Shown: positions 38,220 through 52,362 of the stretch, one piece after another
How the letters are laid out: every line of letters starts with the position of its first letter
Position numbering within the stretch: the stretch's first letter is position 1
Origin: Chiloscyllium plagiosum
Lineage: Eukaryota
Length of the DNA stretch: 64,000 bases
Direction of reading: 5' to 3'
Assembly: GCF_004010195.1 (NCBI RefSeq)
Contig: NC_057718.1
Coordinates: forward strand, 68,079,872 to 68,143,871
Program-made: the position numbers and the translations under genes
Notes under the pieces: model-generated
Seen by the model: only the letters and a program-made list of their open reading frames with translations
Database searches by the model: none
What the model was told of the DNA's origin: nothing

Positions 38220-39720
38220 CTTCCTATCTAGTTTTAGTTACATTACATAGAGACAGGAGTGCACCATTCTGTCCTTCAAGCCTGTTTACAATTCAGTTAG
38301 AATGGATTGATTTGTACTTAACCACACCTACCACCTTAATTCTGTAATCCTTAGATAGGTTGCCCACTTTAAACAATCAATCTCCGTTTGAAATTTTCAA
38401 TTGGTTAACCGCAACAGGGGCAGAGAACTCCAGACTTCACCCTTTGTGTGAAGAAGTATTTTCTGCCATCATACTTTGATCATACTTTGATCAGGTTATA
38501 CTCACTTGAATCCAGACTCACCAACCAGAGGACATGGTTTCTCTCTTTGATTTTCATGAACTCGAGTTCAGATATTAATGAAGAATGAGAGGCAACTTAA
38601 TTGAAGCATATCAGATTCTAAGGAGACTTGACAGAGTAGATGCAGAAAAGTTACTTCTACTTGTGGGAGAGTCTGGGTCCAGAGGTCAGAATCTCAGAAT
38701 AAGGGATTGGACATTTCAGGCAAAGTTGCAGGAGAACTTCTATTCTCAGAAGGTAGTGAATCTGTGGAATTCTTTACCGCAGAGGACTGTTGAAACTAGG
38801 GTCAGTAAGTATTTTCAAGGCTGAATAAATTTCTAATCAGTAATGGATTTGAGGGTTCTGAGGAAAAGGCAGGAAAGTGGAGTTGAAGATTATCAGATCA
38901 GCCATGATCTTATTGATGGAGCAGACTCAATGGGCTGAATGGCCTACTTTGGCTTCTATATCTTATGGTTATGATCTTATGGCCTGAATGTCTGTACTCG
39001 GACAAATATAAGCTTAGTATACGCAGTCTTGCCTCATCCTTTAACGTTTACTGCTCCAGTATCATTCTGATGAATCTTCATAGCACAACCAGTATGGAAA
39101 ACCAAAAATGAATGCATTACTAACTAGGAACCTGTACAATTCTAAGTTAACTTCTATCCCTTTGTACTTCAGCCCTGTTGAAATAAAGGACAATATTCTA
39201 TTAGTCGTCAATTTTTTTTACCATCTGCTATGGTTTTGATTTTTATACTCAGACCCCTAAAAGTCTCTGTTCATCCTCTATTCCCACTTGCTCAGAATCT
39301 TTTCTGGATTCTGAGCATTTACCTTTATGCAGTCTAAAGTAAATGCCCTTACACTTTCCTACACTGAAGTCAATCTGCCACAGTTCTGTCCACTCATTTA
39401 ACTATCAGTGTCTCATTGCAGATGGGAATAGATTATTTTGCATTATTTTCTGTAATGTATAACTCAGTGTTGTCATCAAAATTAAATGTGCTGCTCTCTA
39501 TTCGTTCATCGAAGTCATTTATAAATATTGTGTAAAGCAGAGGGCCTCCGTTCCCTTGGTATATCTTTAATGAAATCCTACCAATTTGAGCACGTCTGTT
39601 ACCTGTACGCCCTCTGCTATCTCCTAACAAATTTCCATTCTCAACCAACAAGTTGTATCCATTCCATTCTTAAATTTTATGTATGTTTTGTAAAATCTTT
39701 TTGATTACATTATGGACGTC
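38220..39720. mobile_element. Cluster of old and mid-age CR1 fragments (plus-strand 3' end 38583-38980 nested in an older minus-strand copy)
   Basis: ORF 38585-38824 MRGNLIEAYQILRRLDRVDA...NFYSQKVVNLWNSLPQ and minus-strand LLYTIFINDFDERI..FDDNT. Confidence 0.75.
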
Positions 39721-40564
39721 CAGAAAGGTATGTTAAACTAATTTTGGAGCTCCAATTACTTAGTACATATAAGTATTTTTAATCTAACACTGAATCATAC
39801 AGAACAGGTGACCATTGGTTTGATTTTCCACTGATATAGTTGATCTCAGCCATTGGCAATATTTTGGGCACCATAATTGAACATTGTATTCCTCTGGTTC
39901 GATGGACTATGTTGACCAGGTTTCTGTTGCACAGGAGTTGGTGACACCCGCTAGAAAAAACATGTCGGGGATAACAACTTTATCTCAGCTACAGTACTTT
40001 ACATGCTAACATGAGCAGCTGATCAGTCCAAGTAGTTAAAAGGTATCACCATCTGAATTGAATGCAGAAATTGGTACCTTCTGTAGAGGAGGGATATCAG
40101 TTTCATTCAGATACGAATCCTACATTAGTAAATTTTGAAGTGTATTGACACTATTCAGGATGTCGTGAGTCAGTGGTTGTTTGGGAGACAATGCTTTCTA
40201 CCACTAAGGGATAGAGTTCTTATGGAGGAGATTAATCGATTAAAAGCCATTATCATGGTGTGGATTTATATAAATGTGCGTGTTTAACTTGCAGTTTCAT
40301 TTGAAATAGTTGTATGTTATTCTCTGTTCAGTAATGGGTGTCATCAAAATATTACATAATCAGCTTTAAATTGCCATGTTTTTCTTAAATGATTTTAGCG
40401 GTGCAGCTCTTCATGTAACAGAATATTATCAGCAGCAAAAACTTATTGGGTTTACATCTTGGATTAATCTCTTGACCAGCTGAAACTACAAAAGCTGAGG
40501 TATAGAATGTGTAGTGTAGGGGTTTTTGTTTCTTGTCTTTTTAAGTTAATTCTGATTGGTCCAA

Positions 40565-40792
40565 TGCAAAACCTAAATACTACAGATGCTGGAAACTTGT
40601 AATAATAACAAAAGATGCTCAAAATACTCAGCAGGTCTGACAGAACTTGTGGAGAGAAACAGAATTAATGTTTCAGATTGAAATTCCTGATTCCATCAGG
40701 ATCAAAGGTCATCCTGACCTAAAACATTAGCTCTGTTTGTCTCCCCAGATGCTGCCTGACATGTTTGATTTGATCCAATAACCTCTGCAGTC
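40565..40792. mobile_element. Degenerate Penelope-pLTR fold-back repeat (third family)
   Basis: Arms GTGGAGAGAAACAGAATTAATGTTT and AAACATTAGCTCTGTTTGTCTCCCC. Same family as 47425-47650, ~54945-55035, ~55815-56050 and ~57565-57690. Confidence 0.55.
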
Positions 40793-42030
40793 TATAAAAG
40801 AGAACTTGCAATCTCCATTTCTCTTCTTATTCATCATTAATATTCAATCCAAATAAGACAGTAAAGGTGAATTTGATCTTTGGCAATTGTTCGATATCGA
40901 ATTGGCAAGCCTTAGACCTTCTGATTTTCTTTTCCGTTGTCTTTGCATTTTCCTATTACCACTGCTGAAGTAATTTTATCCCCCAGGTGTGTGCCCAAAG
41001 CAAAATCATCTATCTCACCACAACAAAGCAAAGATGCTGTGCAAGAACAAAAATCTTAACACAGGTTAATCAGCTCATCCTGTAGCATGATTCATTCTTT
41101 ATAGTTGTTGTCTGTTTTCACGTACTTCACTTTTTTGATGCCTGATCATCAATCAAAATGTCTTGCAGCAAATGTTAGCTCAGATCTCATTTTATTTGGA
41201 GAGGAAAATGTGCAAACTGTTACAAACCAAAAAACTGCATTGTGTTTCATATTGTTAATTCACAAGTAATTCATGCAATCATAAGAATATCCATTGATTA
41301 AGAAAAGTCATTTAGTCCAGCAAAACTAATGTGTTCATAACAATAGACCTCAGGGAAAAAAGGCAAGTTTTTTAAAAAGTGAAGTACAAAGGAGTTATAT
41401 TTCAATTTTATCTAGAATGAAGATGTAGTTCCGCCTCCAAGTTATAGTTTGTCACTGTTATTAGGCCAGGTGGCCAAAGTGCATGCTTCATAAAAATAAA
41501 TTAAAAATACTTTTATATAGAACCTCGCAACACAGGAACAGGCCTTTCAACTCATCAGGCCTGCGCCAACACATTACACATTACCTTAATCAACATGGCA
41601 AATCAGAACTTCAGTTCAATGGTGGAAAGAAAACAAATATTTTGTTGTGCTCTGAATCAGGGGGATACATAATACCTGGATTGAAACTGGATACATTTGT
41701 AGCTGCATGTGATGTTCACACTATATCATTGGATGATGAATGGGTAGATGGGGGTATGCTCAAAAATACACTGTTTGTGTCTAGTAAGGTTTTTGTTTGG
41801 TCTGTGGTCACACATCTGATGTACTACATTGAAGTTCAGATTGTTATATTGATGAAATGTCAGCTTTGAGCATGAGGATGGAAACACTGTAATGAACTAC
41901 ATTTACCAAATGTCTGTCAGAGCTGGTATCCTTGATTCCTTACTCTTTGTTTTTCAAGGAATAAAACCAGTTTTCATAATTGGAAAGAGGTCCCTTCATA
42001 TTTCTTGCTTGTTCTGCCTGCTCATTGCAG

Positions 42031-42237
42031 AAATCAAACTCTTCCACAACTGGTGACAAGATAACCAGGTTGTATGAGCTGGGGAGTGAACAGGAGCGCA
42101 AGATGTGGATAGACCGTTATCTGTCCTTCATGGAGGAAAGAGGAACACCAGTGACCACATTACCTGCTGTGGGCAAAAAACCATTGGATCTTTATCGACT
42201 TTATGTCTGTGTTAAGGAAGTTGGTGGTTTGGCACAG
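42031..42237 (+). CDS. ARID1B: ARID1B exon D, N-terminal half of ARID/BRIGHT domain (207 bp, phase 0-0)
   Basis: Acceptor ttgcAG|AAA and donor CAG|GTGGGT. Encodes [69 protein letters not shown]. The KKPLDL and YVCVKE motifs are ARID1B-type. Confidence 0.96.
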
Positions 42238-44073
42238 GTGGGTACCAAGTTGCATTTTGGTGTTTTAGGATTATTTGTTGGTTAGGTTTTGGCTAGTATT
42301 TGAATATTTGGTTCTTCTAAAAATTCCTTTTTGAAATTGATATGAAATAAGCACATGGAGAAATGCTTGTCCATTAATTTGATGCATAACTAATGAACAG
42401 TGCAATGGTAAAACATTTAAGAGATGTCTCAAAGCATCTAAAGTATATGAAGTGGGCAAAATATACTCAGCAATTAAGGCTTGTGTTGTAAGTATTGCTG
42501 AGTCATTTCCCCATTTCATCAGTGTCTGTTCTTGTGCGTAGGTTTCACTGCCATCTTGTAACCTCATTGAAATAAAGAAAAGTATTATGCAAATTATTGA
42601 CCCTACTTGGAAATTCTTTGCATCTGTATCAACTAAGAATGAAGTTTAGACCAGTTATTGCTGTTTTGTAAAATGTGTTCTTTGCTGACTTCTATTTTAG
42701 TGTTGAATTTTATATTGAAATATCTACTGTTTAGGGATGTATATGCACATATTACTTAGTACATTGGTCTGTTGAATGTCCTGGATCCTGAACACTTTTG
42801 CCCAGATGAAGTTTTGCTCAAGTTTCCGCACAAACTAATGAGCACAGCCTGAAAGTAAAATCTCCCTGCACAAATGAGAAACCTATTCAAACATGTAAAT
42901 TTGTGATATAGGGTCAGGGCAAATGGGGCCTCAAAGTACCCTGAGGCAGAGAGGGGTATAATGGGGTCATATTAATAGCAAGGACAAAACATTTATCTTC
43001 AGAGTGAAGGTGAAAATCACTAAGCAATGCATTTAACAATCGACTACAGGTCATGCTCTTGTTATTTAACTGACTCCAGCAACAGAGGAGTTCACACTGT
43101 GTAACTATAATTGCCTGCTGGTCACAGGCCTTTCATGTACCAAGGGCTGATCAGTTGTCTGAATTTAAAACATTTGAAGATTATTGTGGTTGTAGGAGCG
43201 ATAGACCTGGATCATTCTACAATTGACTGCTGGTTATTGTAGGTCAGGTGATTACGGTTGGATTCATGTGATCGTGGGTACTTAAATGCCAGAGATTCTG
43301 GACACAATGTAATGAATACACAAACAGTTGCAGTTGGTGAAAACTCAGTGTTGTAACTTCTGAGCATGGCTTGTTTTGTGACCAGTGATTAAATATTTGA
43401 GTCAAGTGTACTTTGTAATCCAGGGAAAATAATCATGAGTAGTCCAGCATAAATTAGTTATGGGATCAAATCTTCATTTCATGACCGTTGATGGCGGACC
43501 ATTTGAATCAGGGCAGGAATAAACCAGAAACATGAAGTCCGAATGTCTGTCTATTATGAAATAGTTAAAGATCTCCAGGTTTACATGAATAATATAAAAT
43601 TGTAAAAGATCACCCCTCCCTCCCTAAACTTTGAAAGTAATTTTTTTCTGGTGTTAATCTGTATTTATCTGTACTCATTTAGGAGAACACCAAGTCACTT
43701 ACTTATTTCTTCCTATCCATTCACCCAAAGAATAGTGAAAGCTTTGCTCACAGCATGCCAACTAGTTATTTTAAACAAATAGGACTGTACTCTTTAAGTG
43801 AGTCAATATTTGAGACATCTGGAATTTGCCAATTCACCAATTGGTGTTACTTAACCTTGATTCTCTCTCTTCTACTTTTTTCTCCATTTTCTCTCAGCCC
43901 CAATCCAATGCGTTGGACCTCAAAAATGAGAGAAGCTGGTTAGAAAGCTACAATACACAATATGTATTGTTGAATATTGTCATTTGAAATCAATTAAATT
44001 GGAAGGGAAGTATGCTGAAAGTATTTGACAATATTCAATCAGAATCTCATTGATTTTCACATAATCTCCCTAG

Positions 44074-44328
<255 letters not shown>

Positions 44329-44959
44329 TAAATACGTGTTGTTTATACAGTACACTGGGGTGAAAAAAAGATGAGCTTACACCATCTCTAATTCTTTCTT
44401 GCTTGTTTAATGACAACAACAGTACAAGTGTTCATGAAGCACCTTTAAATCAATGCGCCAAAATGATTGAAAAGGAAAACACTACAGGCATTAGGAGGGA
44501 CTGAAAGGGAAAAATAGACAGTGTAGGTTTATTAGTAATCACAAGATATGTGTTAACAGTTTGAAATGTGAACATGTAATGATATGATTGGGTAATATAG
44601 ACATAGATATTGGTTTGAATGTGATTGGATGATATAATCATGTGGACACCTCGAATACGATTTGGTAGAGATAGGAGTGAGCAAATATGTCGCCTTTCAG
44701 AAATTATTATTTGTAAGAGTAGTCAGTTGGAAGCTCATTATCTGTAAAAGTGGTATAATATCTTTGTTTTGCAGTAAAATATGAGTTGTATGTCATTTTT
44801 TGATTATGCACAGCTCCTCTGCATGCATGAATAAATGGGACGTTCAAGAAACAAAGAAACCTGAGCCTCATCTAGTATAAGAGGAAATAAAGGGTTAAGC
44901 TCACCCTTTCGGTGATCCTTGAGCACTATAAAGCAAAACTTGCTGCTGAACCACATATT

Positions 44960-46420
44960 TCTGAAAGCTTGGTCTAAGTGGCAGGTTTTAAGGAGCATCT
45001 TACATTAGGAAGACAGGCTGAGGGATTTAGGGATAATAATCAAATTTAGTCTGCTGAGGGTAAAGCTATCAATAGTACAAAGATGCCAATCAAAATTGGA
45101 TATATACAGGAGGCTGATGGAAATTAAAAAGCTAGGAAGGGTCAAGACCAAGTGGAAAGGATATTGAAAAAAAAATTTCAACATCAAAACATTACTTAAT
45201 GAGGAATATATGTGATCAATAAGGGTTAGCTAGCTCTGTTGTACTGTAAAGTGATGGTATGAGCATAGATTCAAACCGCTGAATTGGCTGAGATTACCGT
45301 GAAGGACCTGCCTCCTTAACCTCTCACCTCGCCTGAGGTTGAACCACCAGTTGCCCCTCTTATTAGAGAACGGCACTGTGGTTCAGTAGGAATATGATGA
45401 CTTTGCCATTGTAGTCAGAGTACAAGGGGTGATGAGTGACATTGTGCAAGTAAGGACATAGGGAGCAGAATTTTGGATGACTTTGAATAAAACATGAAAG
45501 GTTAACCAAAAATGGGAATCGTCAAGTCTGGTAGCAGCAAAGGCATGTGAGGGTTTTAGTAGCAGATAAGCTGAGGCAAGCGTCAAATTGGATGACAATC
45601 TAGAAGCAAACTTCCGTTAGTGATAGCTTGCACTTGAGTAAGAAGTTCACTTTACTATCAAATATGGTACTAAATTTGGGAGCAATTAGGGTTCAGCCTG
45701 ACATAGTTAGCAGGAAGAGGGATAAAGTTGGTGGCTAGAGAATGGTGTTTGTAGCAGAGATCAAAGGTAATCACTTTGGTCTTCCATATATTTACTCATC
45801 TGGTAGTTGACCAGCAGTTTGACAGTTTAGAGACAGTAGAAGAGTCAACGTCCTGTATGTGTTGTCAGTGCGCTGTCGAGTATTGGTGCTGTGTTTTCAG
45901 ATGATATTACCGAGGAGTAGAATATAGAGAAGAAATAGGAAGAGGTCCAGGATAAACCTGTGTGGATCACAAGAGGTCCTAGTGCAGGAACAAAAAGAAA
46001 AGCCATTGCAGATGATTCTTTGCAATATTTAGGGAATTAGGTGAGCGCAGTCCCCATTTGTTGGATGACAAATGAAGGAGTGGTAAAGGAGAATGATGTG
46101 ATGACTCATGTCCCTGGCTCCAAACAGGTCAAGGAGGACTAAGAGATTAATTTGCCTTTGTAATTGTGACTTAGGATATACTTTGAGACTTTGGTATGAG
46201 CTGTTTTGTACTGTGGTGAGGCAGAAAGTTGAACAAAGGGATTCAAGTATCCAGGAAATATGGGCATGGATATGGGAGGCAACAATACAGCCAAGTGCTT
46301 TTCGTCAAAAGGAAGGGTGGCAATGTGTAATACTACAGTGATGGATCAAAGGGCTGTTTTATTTCAGGCAAGTGGTAATGACAACATGGTTGGTGCGCAC
46401 GGAACATCACCTGAAGGAAA
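44960..46420 (-). mobile_element. Probable old L2-like LINE remnant
   Basis: Purine-rich decayed sequence beginning GGTTTTAAGGAGCATCTTA, typical of antisense L2 3' regions. No clean peptide is recoverable. Confidence 0.35.
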
Positions 46421-47424
46421 ACCATAATTGTATGTGTACATTTAAATTTCTTCCCAGACTTCAGGCAAGAACATTACAAATGGAATATTTATAAACTATA
46501 TTTCCTTTGACATTCGCATCTTCAGAAAAGTTGAATTATATTTGAACAAAGATTTAAGGTGTCACATTGTTTAGTCCCTGTGATAACAAAGTTTACAGAC
46601 CACTATGAAGAGCATTTGCACACTTAAGAAATTTACATGATTGGAAATAGGTTAATGTTTAATGTGTTATGAGTTGCAGGTGCAGTAGGTTGGGTTATTT
46701 TGGCTCTGTAAAGTGGTTTTCTGCTATGGAGTCGAGGGAGATTGTTAATGTGTGCTTTGTATCCTTGTTCGCAACGCATGCTGACACTTGCTGCATCTGA
46801 CCATGCTTCGGTATACACATGGAATTCGTATTCAATTCAATGAACGCAACAGAACAAATAGCTGATGTTTTCATGAATTTTATAGTCACCTGCTCATTTG
46901 AAATTAATCCTTTTTTTATCACAGAAAACATATTCAGATGCTGCAATTCACCAACTTGACTTTGAATCTCTTAATTTCCAAACATGTCTTGAATATATTG
47001 CTTAAAAGAGAGAGATTGTATAAAACCAGCTGCATTCATCTACTGTATTAGATAAACAGCAGTAATTGTTGTGAATTTTCTATGAATGTGTATTTTCTCC
47101 TCCGTATACATTGTATAAAAACCTGTGCCACCTAATTAGATGTTTTGTTGACTTATATTGCACCCCGTCATGCAGGAGAGCATACTGATCAAGTTACCCC
47201 AAATTGCTGAGTTGCATTTCATTGTAGTTGTTTCAGATCTGCATTAATAGTTACCTGTAGCAAATTCAGCCAAGAAATACTTGTTACAAATTGCAAGGGT
47301 TTGTCAGTTTTAAAATGATTTGAAGCATAGCCATGTGACCATCCAGCATATAAAGTTTTCAGAGAAAACGTCATGATAAAATCATTTTTTTTAATTTGAT
47401 ATAGTTAAGACATCCGAGCTTTTT

Positions 47425-47650
47425 AAAACTGAAAGAACTGCTGGAAATCAGAAGCAAACACAGAAATTGCTGGAAACACTCAGCAGGTTTGGCAGCGTCT
47501 GTGGAGAGAAATCAGAGTTAATGTTTTGGGTCCATTGACCCTTCCTCAGAACTGCTGTAAGGAAGAGTCACTGGACCCAAAACATTAACTCTGATTCCTC
47601 TCCACAGACGCTATCAGATCTGCTGAGCTTTTCATAAGATTTCTGTTTTT
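47425..47650. mobile_element. Penelope-pLTR fold-back repeat (~95-bp arms) with decayed hammerheads
   Basis: Arms ~47455-47545 and ~47560-47650. Minus strand reads CTGAGGAAGGGTCAATGGACCCAAAACATTAAC (GAAACGTT decayed at CpGs). Confidence 0.7.
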
Positions 47651-49894
47651 AATGCAGGCTTTTTATTAGCTATGAAATTTAAACTGGAGTAATTTCTCAA
47701 GTTTTTTTCCTGAATGATGTGTTACATCAGGGAGTTTTATGCGTACATAATTTGTTTTTAAAGTTAGTCTGTTGTTTATGTTCAGTATGAAATAAACAGT
47801 GCAGTTGCTCACAGTCACTGGATTGCTGGCACAGAGATCAGTGAGGGCTGTTGCTAATGGTCCTGATTTCGTAAACTAGTAATAAAAGCAGGCCTAGATT
47901 GTGACTTGTCTGGGTTGGTGCACAATATAACAGTACTGTTTGTAGAAATTATATGAGTCACTCAGGATTTGTGCAATAACTGTGTCATATAGTCAGTAGA
48001 TGTGACAATATTGTTACCCGATTTGACTATTTTATTTCCCCTAATTTTCTTTCTCCTCCTCAAAAGACATGTTTTGAAAATCTACAACAAAGCACTATGT
48101 TTTCAACCACTAAATAGCCAACTAATATGGCATGTTAAATGTTCAATTTCATACTGGATGATACAAATACATTTGCCAGGAATACACATTAGCAATATTT
48201 AGAAAATATTATTAGCCATTCAAGACTTGTTTTCAATTTTCAGTGCAATTTCCAAGCAGTCCACTCATATGTTGAATTTGCACAGCACAGCAGCATAGGT
48301 TGGAAGACTGCATACCTATTTAAACATTAGCTTGCTTACTGTCCACTTCTACGTCACTCACTGCTGCCTCACTTCAGCCTTAAGTGACCTGAGCCTCAAT
48401 TAATCTCCCTTCTGTGCTAACTGTATATGGCTAAAACTCCAGCATAAGCTCAATACTAGTTAGGATTTACCAGTCATTCTGCATAGTGCACAGCCAGTCA
48501 GCTGTATTGGAATTGGATGCAAGACTCCATTACTTACATTAGTAATTTAACTTGAAAATTGGAAGTCCCATGTCGATGTTTGCAAACAATGTCAATTTGG
48601 AATTATAATAAATATGGAGGGATTGCCAGAAAATACAAGAGGATATGAACAATCTTGGTGGTGGTCGTGCAAATGATAAATGTATTTTAATATAGATAAA
48701 TGTGATGCATTTTCAAAAGCAATATAATGAGACTACCGACTGGAAAATGAGAGTTCAAATAAGCAAGCAGCATGAAAAGATTTTGCAGTTCAAAGATTCG
48801 TTAAATTTGAATCAGGAAATCACTAAAGGTAATGGTTAACAAAGCTGTTGCAAACTCTGATAAAGCACTGAGGGTTCAATTCTAGAAGAGCAGGACTCAA
48901 AAGCAAGAAAATCAAGTTAAACTTGTATTACATCTTAATTCAACCAAACTAAGAATACTAAGCACAGTTCATATCCATGGACAAGGATCGTCCAGAAATT
49001 TGGACTTTGGATCAAAACCCAAACAATTGGGTTAAATTGGGGTCCCAGCACCATACTGTTGAGGAAACATCTCATCAGGGAAGCTATCTTTACGTAATGT
49101 GGACTGTTCTCAGTGTTGTAGTATGTTTGAAAATTCCAGTTTGCATCTGATAATTGATCTTAATTGGCCATTAATGTAAATAAGTTGACTACGTGTTAGG
49201 ATCCTCTCTGAACAAGGTGAGCAAAATGGGACTGACAAGCTTTAACATAAGTGTCTGCCACTTGCATTTACAATTGACACCAGGACTGCCATGATGCATG
49301 GATGAGCAAAAGTTGAATTTCTGTGGTTCACCTCTCCAGAAGAAGATAGACCAAGAAGGTCTCTTGAATTTGAAGAGGTTTAAACATAATCTTTTGTCTC
49401 AGGAAATAGCCATTGCACATCCACAAAGAGGTCAAGAAAACAGCAAGTACAAGTCCATTTTTTAGGATGAGAAGAAGGGATAGGTATTAAAGAATTCTTC
49501 CCAGAATGAGGTCACTCATGCTTTTCATAAATGACAAAATGATAGATTTATTATGCTTTAAAAAAAAAGTAAAACTGATTGATATGCTGATTTACCCTTC
49601 AATATAACCCCTTTTCTGTTATTAATTAATAAAAAATGGGTTTACATGTATTTTCTGCACTTGTTTTTCTTAATGTAGCAGTCTTGGTTTTGGAAGATGC
49701 AGTCAATGGAGCCTTTGTGAATTTTCACTGTGTATCTTGTAGATAGTACACTGTTGTTTACTGAGTGTCAATACTGGAGGGTATGAAGGCACCAATTAAA
49801 GGGAGAAAAGAACTTTCCCTTTTGGAGAAAAGTTTTGAAAACCGAAAAACTTTGGCTAATACTTGATTGTTCTTGAAGGAAAAACTCTCAATTG

Positions 49895-51365
49895 TAAGTA
49901 AACTGAGACCGGTGAGCCTGACATTGGTGGTAGGCAAGTTGTTGGAGGGAATCTTGAGGGACAAGATTTTCACGTATTTGGAAAGGCAAGGACTGATTAG
50001 GGATAGTCAACATGGCTTTGAGCATGGGAAATCATGCCCCACAAACTTGATTGAGTTTTTTGAAGCAGTAACAAAGAGGATTGATGAGGTCAGAGCAGTG
50101 GATGTGATCGATATGAACTTCAGTAAGACATTCAACAAGATTCCCCATGGGAGACTGGTTAGATCTCATGGAATACAAGGAAAACTAGCCATTCAGATAT
50201 AAAACAGGCTCGAAGGTAGAAGACAGAGGGTGGTGGTGGAGGGCTGCTTTTCAGACTGGAGACCTGTGACCAGTGGTATTCCATAAGGATCAGTGCTGGG
50301 TCCAATTTTTCATCATTTAAATAAATGATTTGGGTGTGAACATAGGAAGTATAGTTAGTAAGCTTGCAAATGACACCAAAATTGGAGGTGTAGTGGACAG
50401 AGAAGAAGGGGACCTCAGAGTACAATGGGATTTTGATCAGATGGGCCAGTGTTCTGAGGAGTGGCAGATGGAGTTTAATTTAGATAAATGCAATGTACTA
50501 CATTTTGGAAAAGCAAATCAGAGCAGGACTCTTACGCTTAATGGTAAGGTCCTGGGGAGTCTTGCTGGACAAAGAGAACTTGGAGTGCAGGTTCATAGTT
50601 CCTTGAAAGTGGAGTCACAGATAGATAGGAAAGTGACAAAGGCATTTGGTATGCTTTCCTTTATTGGTCAGAGCATTAAGCATAAGGGTTGGGAGGTCAT
50701 GTTACAACTGTACAGGACGTTGGTTATGTCGCTTTTGGAGTATTGCTTGCAATTCTGGTCTCATTCCTATCAGAAGGATGTTATGAAACTTGGAAGGGTT
50801 CAGAAAAGATTTACAAGGATGTTGCCAGGGTTGGAGTGTTTGAGCTGTAGGGAGAGGCTGAAAAAGCTGGGGCTGTTTTCCCTGGAGTATTGGAGGCTGA
50901 GGGATGACCTTTTCGAGGTTTGTAAAATCATGAGAGGCATGGATCGGATAAATAGAAAAAGTCGTTTCCTTTCGTTGGGGAGCCCAGAACCAGAGGGCGT
51001 AGGTTTAGGGTGAGAGGTGAAAGATATAAAAGGGACCTAAGTAGCAACTTTTTCACACAGAGGATGGTGAATATATGGAATGAGTGGCCAGAGGAAGTGG
51101 TGCAGGCTGATACAATTACAGCATTTAAAAGACATTTGGATGGGTATAGGAATAGAAGGGTTTAGAAGGATAAATAGCTGCTTGATAGCTCTGTTGGTGA
51201 CACCATCCATCATAGTCATAGAGATATACAGCTTGGAGCAGACCCTTCGGTCCAAATCATCCATGCTGACCAGTTATCCTAGTCCACTAGATTAAGATAA
51301 CTGGTCAGCTTGGATGAGTTGGACAGAAGGGTCTGTTTCCAAGCTGTACATCTCTATGGCTATGA
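49895..51365 (+). mobile_element. CR1 LINE RT region to 3' end
   Basis: ORFs 49867-50202 (RPVSLTLVVGKLLE...SQHGF..GKSCPTNL) and 50330-51013. Confidence 0.92.
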
Positions 51366-52362
51366 TGGATGGTGTCATCAACAGTGCTATCAAGCAGCTA
51401 TTACTCAGCAAATGCTGTTCACTGATGGTTAGTTTGGGTTTTGTCAAAACCACTCAGCTCTGGACTTGGACAAACAAGTTGAATTCTCGAGGCAAGGTGG
51501 GAATAATAGCATTTGACCTCATGGCTGCATTTGACTGAGAATGACATCATTGTTCCCTGTCAGAATTGGAGTCCATGAGAATCGGTGCTTGGGGGGGAGT
51601 GAGATGTTTCCGTTGGTTGGAGTGATACCTGGCATAATGGAAGATGGTTGTAATTGTTGGAGGTCAGTTATTTCACCTTCAGAACATCTCTGCAGGAGTT
51701 CCTCAGGGCAGTGTGCTAGGTCTAACCACCTTCAACTGTTTCATCAAATATCTTCCCTCCATCATAAGGTAAGAAATGGGAGATGTTTGGCAATAATTGT
51801 ACAATGTTCAGCACTTATCGTGCCAACACAGATACTGAAGCAGTAAGACCTGGACAATATCCAGATTTGGACTAACAAGTGACATTAGTCCAACACAAGT
51901 GCTACGTAATAGCTGTCACCAACAAGAAAGAATCTAATCATCACCCCTTGATATTCAATGGTTTTACCATCACTGAATCCCCAATTATCAATCCAGTTGG
52001 AGTTACCATTGACTAGAAGCTGAACTGGACTAGCCATACAAATATTGTGGCTAGGATCCTGCTGTGAGTAACTTGTCACTTAATTCCCCAAAACCTGTCC
52101 ACCATGTACAAAACACAAGTCGTAAATGTGATGGGAAACTCCTTACGTGCCTAAATGGTTTCAGCTCCAACAACACTCATGAAGCTTGTTTGGCACCATA
52201 TGCACAAGCGTTCGCTCCCTCCAGTATCAACACTCAGTAGCAGCAGTGTGTTCTAGCTATATGATGCACATGATGAAAATTCACAAAGGATCTTTAGACA
52301 GCATCTTCTAAACCCAAGACTGCTACCACTAAGGAAAACGAATGCAGCAGATACATGGAAAC
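51366..52362 (+). mobile_element. Second copy of the CR1-group LINE seen at 15340-17516
   Basis: GGTGTCATCAACAGTGCTATCAAGCAGC, AFDLMAAFD and GVPQGSVLG; collinear with ~16268-17290. Confidence 0.8.

Noticed and set aside
48977..49150. 57-aa ATG ORF MDKDRPEIWTLDQNPNNW...
   Set aside because: No recognisable homology and no supporting splice or promoter signals; the length is compatible with chance.
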